DNA from: Malacoraja senta
Lineage: Eukaryota
Assembly: GCA_038087875.1 (NCBI GenBank)
Contig: JAXLNO010002460.1
Location: forward strand, 1-64,000
Length of the DNA stretch: 64,000 nucleotides
Direction: 5' to 3'
Below, piece after piece: positions 56,935 to 64,000 of the stretch (positions are counted from its first letter, which is position 1; each line of letters starts with the position of its first letter). The position numbers and the translations under genes were made by a program. Under the pieces are notes generated by a model. That model made no database searches. It saw only the letters and a program-made list of their open reading frames with translations, and was not told where the DNA came from.

Positions 56935-59900
56935 AAGGGAGCATATTATATGGCATGTGTGTAACCATGGGGTGCGTTGAACATTATGGATCATTTATGC
57001 ATTTTCCAACTGTCTCTGTAAAACACCAAGCAACATGCAGCAAGCGCACACAGAAAACAGCTGAAGAATAATTGTTCTAAATGGTTACTTCCTGGGTATT
57101 GATGGAACTTTGACCAAAATCTCTCAATGGAGGAAATGTATCCTTGAGATTGAGGAAGCGTGCCTGTCCTTCCCATGGGCAGCTTGTTTCGGTCTAGCCC
57201 TTCAACTTTGTACTTGGCTGGATTGTGGTTCCAAAGCCCATTGATCCAGGAAACAATGCTTGGTCTCACGAGGGTTGCCCATGGAAGAAAGAGGACGGTG
57301 TGAAATGGGGAGAGAAGATCGGACAAACCATGTGTCGATGCCAGGGTTGGAATCATAGAGTCATAGAGTGATACATTGATTGACAAGGAGGAGCCGCCAT
57401 CTTGGAGGAACGGCTGCTAAACAGCAGCCGTCCGTCAAATTCACTCTTTCTTTAGTTTTTGTGTTTTTTATTTCTTTGTTTGTTTGCGGGGTTTTGACTT
57501 TTAATGTAGGGGGGTAGGGGGAAACTATTTCTAGGTCCCTACCTGGTCGGTGAGGCAGCTTTTTCTCCAGGCTGCCTCGTCGACCCGTCCTCGTGGCCTA
57601 CCAGCGGGCATGGAGCGCCGTTTCCTGACGGGGGCCGCCCAGCACCTTCAGCTTCATTGGCGGCACAGCGCTGGAGCGCTATCGGAGAGCGTAGCGGGCG
57701 ATGCCTTGCCTGGGTCGCCGCGCTGGATCGACGCGCTGGAGCTCCAGAATGCGCTGACCGCCGACATCAACACCTCCGGGCTGCGGGACTGCGGAGCGAC
57801 CAGCCGCGGGCGGCGGTGCCGACTCCAACATCGGGAGCCACGTGGCTCAAAATCGGCGCGGCCCTGTCGGCTTCGGGTGACATCGACTCCGCTGGGAAAC
57901 CGGCCGTTCCAGCCGCTGCGAGGACTCTCCCGACGGCCAGGAACATTGGGCCTCCGTAGAGGCAACTGTGGTGGTCTCGATGGGCCTGACTCTGGGGAGA
58001 ACTGGGTTGGGGACTGGACATTGTGCCTTCCCCCACAGTGGTGGTCATTGTGGGGGGATGATTTCTGTGTGCTGTGCCTGTTAGTCCGTGTACAAGATGG
58101 GGGTCAGAGGGGAGAGTGGACGCTGGCGCGAATTGGTCGCCGCTGCTCTCCTCAAATTGTGTTTCTTATTTTCTTTTGGTGCTCTTGAAATTGAATTCTG
58201 TCCTTGATTTGTGTACTGTGGTGTTTTTATATTTAATTTATTCCGATTATGTGTTTTGTATTTTTTTTGTTGTGATTCTATGCATTGTAAGGTGTCCTTG
58301 GGTTTTAGAAAGGCGCCAGTAAATAAAATGATTATTATTATTATTATTATTATTATTATTGTTGATTCTCACGCTACCCTACCCACCATCAGTTCAACCC
58401 CAATCTTGCCCACCATTCTATCCGTTGGGCTGAGACTCTCTCTTCAGCTTGTCTCCCCACGCCTTCTCCTTTCTCCCCTCTCCCCATCAACTCCGAAATG
58501 AAAGATAACAATTCACCCATCATTTGAAACGCGGGATTTCATTTCAGTTCATCGAGGTACCAGGGAAGAAATGTTCTTCCAGGTGCAGTGGTGGGCTCTG
58601 CGCCGGACAGCGGAGGTGGTGTGGAGAAGGGGAAGGACCACGATTAACTGATAAGTAACAAAGTGCCACTCACCCCTGTCACCAGCACACACCAAAGGCT
58701 GCAGCCATATCTTCAGCAGCGGGCAGCTCACTTCCGGGAAGAAAAGCGAAAGATTCTTGTGAACCCACCCCCGTATCTTTAACCGGGCGATGCTAATTCT
58801 CAGGAGACACAGCTCTAGCAAACAGGTCCACCTAACTAACGTCTTTATTATTTTGCAACACGAGAGGTGATGTAAATACCGTCCACTCCAGCGGGGAATC
58901 TACTATTCGAGTGTCATCATCCTTTCACCAGACTCACCGCTCCCACTTTACTTCGTTTATACTGACCACACTCCAATTCACACAGGTTTCCGTCGAAATA
59001 TGTGTGTGTAAAAGCTGAAAAAATGCCTCTTTTATCCAGAAAATACGCCATTCAGTCACAGTCATAGGGTCATAGAGTGATACAGTGTGGAAACAGGTCC
59101 TTCGGCCCAATTCGCCCAGTGACCAACAATGTCCCAGTTACACTAGTCCCACTTGCGTGTGCTTGGTCCATATCCCTCCAAACTTGTCCTAACCACGGGA
59201 TAGTCCCAGCCTCAACTACCTCCTCTGGCAGCTTGTTCCACACTCCCACCACTATTTGTCTTGCTTCAAATTTATGATATAAGGACCATGGAAACTGAAG
59301 GCCACATTATACTGGAAAAGAACGTACTTGACCCGAGGCTCCCGAACAGCGAGCATATATATGTCAATAATATTTTATAAACGGGGGGTATTAATTCACA
59401 TGTGAGCAATCATGATATATTATCAATCATTTATGCAGATATTCTCTTCTCAATTGTCACTGTAAAACACCAAGCGCAATCCAGTAAGCACAGTGCTAAG
59501 AGCACCTGAAGAATAAATATTATTAAATAGTACGCTATCTCTATGTTACCTCCTGGGTGTTGGAATTTTGGCCAAAAGCACTCAGTGGAAGAAATCTACC
59601 CTTGAAGCCGAGGATCGGAAGTGTGGCTGCCCTTCCCATGGGCGTCTTGTTTCGGTCCAACCCTTCAACTTTGGACTTGGCAACAATGTAGTTTGAAGAC
59701 CCATCGACCCACGAACCAATATTTGAGCATCCGTCTATGCCAGAGATGCCTGTGACAAAACCACTCATCTGCGGCAGGGCTGCTTGATTCTCACTCTACC
59801 CCTCCTTCTGTCCCCCATACCGACGGACTTCAAACTCCTTCCTTGCCCACTTTTCTATCCGCTGGGCTAAGACTTATGTCTCCCCACTCCTCCTCCTTCC

Positions 59901-60013
59901 AATCCTTCCTTCCGCTCTCCCTTGCTCCACCCTTCTCCCGCCAATTCCGCTGTCCCTTTCAATTAAAGGCGGCAGGAATACCCCCATTATTTAAAATTCG
60001 GAACTTAATTAAT
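56935..60013 (+). repeat. Paralogous copies of the downstream ~1.6-kb unit behind C3
   Basis: 58420-60013 aligns to 18150-19800; 56935-57300 is a further diverged partial unit. Confidence 0.85.
57384..58360 (+). mobile_element. Non-autonomous retroelement-like insertion with L2-type 3' end and (ATT)n tail
   Basis: Head gccgccatcttggaggaacggctgc, GC-rich body, end tgtaaggtgtccttggg..gaaaggcgcc..aataaaatg(att)n. Confidence 0.55.
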
Positions 60014-60199
60014 ACTAGACTAAGTGGGATCCGTTGGGTCCCATTCGCACACGGAAGGGCTAGTCCCCAAACGCAATATTCCACCTCTCCACCAATTCCA
60101 ATATTGGTGGCCAGTGGGGGGGGGGGGCTTTCTGGAGCCGAATGGTGTGGGCTAAAGGGACTGGTTTCCAGAGGGCTAGTATGGACATTGTGGGCCGAA

Positions 60200-61230
60200 T
60201 GGATTCTTGGACTCACAGTTCAGTCACTCACGGCTGGTGGACTCACAGTTCAGTCACTCACGGCTGGTGGACTCACAGTTCAGTCACTCATGGCTGGTGG
60301 ACTCACTCACGGCTGGTGGACTCACAATTGACTCACTCACGGCTGGTGGACTCACAGTTCAGTCACTCACGGTTGGTGGACTCACAGTTCAGTCACTCAC
60401 GGCTGGTGGACTCACAGTTCAGTCACTCATGGCTGGTGGACTCACTCACGGCTGGTGGACTCACAATTGACTCATTCACGGCTGGTGGACTCACAGTTCA
60501 CTCAATCACGGCTGGTGGACTCACAGTTCACTCACGGCTGGTGGGCTCGCAGATTCACTCACTCACGGCTGGTGGGCTCGCAGTTCACTCACTCACTCAA
60601 GGCTGGTGGGCTCACACACACACACACTCCATCTCACAAATGCACACACACACCCGCCATCATACACACACACCCCTCCATCACATTCTGGAGCCGAATG
60701 GTGTTGTGGGCCAAAGGGACTGGTTTGCAGAGGGCTAGTATGGACATTGTGGGCCGAATGGATTCTTGGACTCAGTTCAGTCACTCACGGCTGGTGGACT
60801 CACAGTTCACTCACGGCTGGTGGACTCACAGTTCAGTCACTCACAGCTGGTGGACTCACAGTTCAGTCACTCACAGCTGGTGGACTCACAGTTCAGTCAC
60901 TCATGGCTGGTGGACTCACTCACGGCTGGTGGACTTACAATTGACTCACTCACGGCTGGTGGACTCACAGTTCACTCAATCACGGCTGGCGGACTCGCAG
61001 TTCACTCACTCACGGCTGGTGTGCTCGCAGTTGACTCACTCATGGCTGGTGCTCGCAGTTCACTCAGTCATGGCTGGTGGGCTCGCAGTTTACTCACTCA
61101 CGGCTGGTGGGCTTGCAGTTCACTCACGGCTGGTGGGCTCGCATTTCACTCATGGCTGGTGGGCTCGCAGATTCACTCACGGCTGATGGGCTCGCAGTTC
61201 ACTCACTCACTCAAGGCTGGTGGGCTCACA
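60200..61230. repeat. Minisatellite (~19-31-bp variants of ACTCACGGCTGGTGGACTCACAGTTCAGTC) in two ~560-bp higher-order copies
   Basis: Spacer block tctggagccgaatggtgt..ggattcttggactc recurs at ~60131 and ~60687. Confidence 0.92.
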
Positions 61231-61293
61231 CACACACACACCCTCCATCTCACAAATGCACACACACACGCTCCATACACACACACCCTCCAT

Positions 61294-61481
61294 NNNNNNN
61301 NNNNNNNNNNNNNNNNNNNNNNNNNNNNNNNNNNNNNNNNNNNNNNNNNNNNNNNNNNNNNNNNNNNNNNNNNNNNNNNNNNNNNNNNNNNNNNNNNNNN
61401 NNNNNNNNNNNNNNNNNNNNNNNNNNNNNNNNNNNNNNNNNNNNNNNNNNNNNNNNNNNNNNNNNNNNNNNNNNNNNNNNN
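61294..61481. other. Assembly gap
   Basis: N run. Confidence 1.
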
Positions 61482-61646
61482 CACACACACATCCAGGACA
61501 TATGACAGTAAATCTACTTACGCCCGACTTCTGGACTGAGCGCGGCCTTGGACTCGGGTCTGACCTCTGGACCGAGCGCGATCTTTGGACTGAGCGCGAC
61601 TTCTGGAATTGCGACCATCCACGCCTGCGCAGTTGGGGGAAGCCGG

Positions 61647-62703
61647 TGTAAGTTATTGGGGCAAATCCTCCAAAATTATGGAAGAACTCGGGGATAAGGA
61701 CCTGGACATTTTAAAACGGACATGCTGGCTGCAAAAGAAAACCCCCCAAGGGATCACAAATGAAGAACAAGTTCAAAGCCTGTCTGTGGGCCTGGGCAGC
61801 CACATGACTATGTGAGTGGTGAGAACAGGAAAGGCCGGGACAGAGATAAAGAGATTACCTTGGAAAGACAAAGGAAGGAACCGAGCCCAGCAGACGGGAG
61901 TAAATAGCCCAGCAGCAAGACAATCACCATCGTAAATGGCCCATCCATCGGGACAATGGGAGCCCATCCAGGTGATGGGATAACGATTAGGCCAATGCAT
62001 CGTGACATCAGCAAACCCATTATCATCGGAAACTTATTTTTCATGCCAGATCGAAACTGGCAATCATCGAAAGACCCTTTTGTCCAGAGGATCACCTGGG
62101 AGTTTTCAAGGGAGAAACTGTCGGCTATAAAAAGGAGCAGGCAAGCAAGAAGGGGGCCTTCCTTTTGCTCTGTTGGACGACTCCTGATCCTGCATCGATC
62201 TAGCTGTAAGTACCCCAGACGGCCTGGTGAAGTTCCCGAAATAGGATAGAGGTTGAAAGAAGAAGGGGAAAGGGGGTGTATTTGTAATTAAAATTGTGTA
62301 AAGTAAGTTTTTACGACATGCCCGATAATTTTCTTTCCATAGTCTTAGTTTAAAGCATAAGTTTAGTCACATGTTATGTAGAATTGGTGAGATTCGATTT
62401 TTCATTTGTTTAATAAAGCCTGTAAATTTTAGACTCGCTTTGAGTCCGTCTTTGTTTCTGTTTTCTCTCATCCGCACGCTCTGGTCAAGTCAACCTTTTA
62501 TCATATCCCACCATAATTCCGAGGTCTAGAACCCAGGGGCATCCGGGCGCCTCGAAACGCCCACTCTCCCTTTTTTGTATTCTCTCTCTTGGGAACCGCT
62601 CGAGTGGAGTGGTGGCCGGGGTGGCCGTTTGACCCACTGACAAGGGAGAGAATCACTCGGGCAGTTGGGCCCGAAGTGGAGCAAAGGGAACTAAACCCCT
62701 ACA
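61647..62703 (+). mobile_element. Solo LTR (1057 bp)
   Basis: TGTAAG...CCTACA termini; 4-bp TSD CCGG at 61643-61646 and 62704-62707; internal TATAAAAAGG (~62126) and AATAAA (~62413). Confidence 0.8.
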
Positions 62704-63164
62704 CCGGTGACGCAGTAGTGACGCAAAATGATGCTGTCTCTCGGCGCGTGCGCAGTGGGCCCGGGCAGGATCAAATCACCATTTGCACTCCACACAATCA
62801 GAGATCGCCTCAACGCCTCATGTCTATGCTGGGTAAGTAGTGGAATATTGCATTGCGGGAGTGGGAGTCTGTTTTTTATCCTAGGTGGCAAACTACCCGC
62901 GAGGGGTCTGCGGGATGATTTGGAAAAAAAAAGGAGTGCCCGTTTCTCCGGGCCCGGGAGGGGGGGGGGTGCTGCAGTGTCTGCCCGCCTGGTCCATCGC
63001 CTCCATCCGCAGCGTCGGAGACTCGCCGTCGGTCAGACCGTTCTCCCGTCGCCCGGCGGGAGTGAGAACGACTGAATCTGAACCCAGTCCTGGCAGCGGC
63101 CGTGACCCCAACACCAGATGCTACTCCGGCCGGGCCCTCGCCTCCCCTGCCGCCAGGCCCACAC

Positions 63165-63600
63165 CACCCCCCCCCCCGCCGGGCCCACGCCAGCCCCCCC
63201 GCTGTCCCACGCCACCCCCACCGGGCCCACGCCACCCCCCCCGCTGGGCCCACGCCACCCCCGCTGGGCCCCCACCACCCCCCCCCGCTGGGCCCACGCC
63301 ACCCCTGCTGGGCCCACGCCACCTTCCACCCATGCCACCCCCACCCCCCCCGCTGGGCCCACGCCACCCCCGCCGGGCCCACGCCACCCCCCTCCCCCCA
63401 CTGGGCCCACGCCACCTTCCGCCCACAGTACCCCCCCCCGTTGGGTCCATGCCACCCCGCCGGGCCCATGCCTCCCTCTCCCCGTTGGGCCCAGGCCACC
63501 TTCCACCCCTGCCGAGCCTACTCAACCCCCCCTCCCGTCGAACCTCTCCACCTCCTCCCGCCGGCCCCACGCCACCACGCTGGGACCACACCTTTCTCCC
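63165..63600. repeat. GC-rich minisatellite (~21-24-bp CCCCCCGCTGGGCCCACGCCA)
   Basis: About a dozen degenerate copies; source of the Pro-rich and Gly-rich ORF calls. Confidence 0.9.
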
Positions 63601-63889
63601 CCCGCCACGGGTCCTCGCCTCTCTCCCCCGCCGCGGGCCATGCCTTGGGTTTAGACTCTCTGTTACCTGCTGCGAGGGGCAAGAAGAGTGTTTAATTATA
63701 TATGCACCAAAAAACGCTACAAAGAAATCATAACTTGCTGCAGCAAAACAAGTCTGCAAGAACAGTATTCATAGATAACAGAATGTCAATTCATATAACC
63801 ATTATCTATTCACAGCTAGATCTATTCATAGATAACACAATAAACAAAAAAACAGTAATGCCTTAAAAAACATTATTTGGAGCGGCCCA

Positions 63890-64000
63890 GCGGTGCAGTG
63901 GCGCAGCGATAGAGTTGCTGCCTCACAGCGCCAAAGACCCAGGTTCGATCCTGATTACGGGTGCTGTCTGTGTGGAGTTTGTACGTTGTCCCTGGGACCG
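63890..64000 (+). mobile_element. tRNA-derived SINE, 5' part (runs off the window)
   Basis: GTGGCGCAGCGATAGAGTTGCTGCC..GGTTCGATCC, homologous to 20077. Confidence 0.85.

Larger units (their letters stand above)
60015..61646 (-). mobile_element. Helitron-like element H4, 3' terminus; left part only, right boundary unknown
   Basis: CTAG 60018-60015 plus imperfect hairpin TGGGATCC-gtt-GGGTCCCA; interrupts the downstream unit relative to 19790. Confidence 0.55.

Noticed and set aside
60200-61230. Repeat array that superficially resembles CRISPR
   Set aside because: No unique spacers, variable unit length, eukaryotic context and no cas genes; it is a minisatellite

Overview
Eukaryotic genomic DNA from a cartilaginous fish, probably a skate or ray (inferred from the clustered Ig organisation and the repeat families). 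The core is an immunoglobulin light-chain locus whose V sequence and V-12 RSS look sigma-type. It has two apparently intact leader-V-J-C clusters (cluster 2, minus strand, 24.8-27.5 kb; cluster 3, plus strand, 50.6-53.3 kb) and two decayed ones (orphan C0, minus strand, 12.8-13.0 kb; fused V-J remnant plus stop-less C1, plus strand, 15.4-16.8 kb). Clusters 2 and 3 are the arms of a ~29-kb degenerate palindrome centred near 39.0-39.6 kb. The spacer keeps mirror-image non-coding blocks, including a pair of outward-facing TATA+Inr motifs. The J-C introns carry a triplet of NF-kB-like sites plus E2A-type E-boxes, resembling the mammalian kappa intronic enhancer. The rest is transposon-derived: a full-length Gypsy element with 204-bp LTRs nested with Helitron-like elements, two young CR1 LINEs, L2, Rex1, SINEs, a CGGBP1-like hAT with an 8-bp TSD, a Tc1 end, Penelope-derived repeats with minimal hammerhead-like cores, a 1057-bp solo LTR, minisatellites and three assembly gaps. 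All alignments, counts and coordinates were done by eye; no database searches were run.
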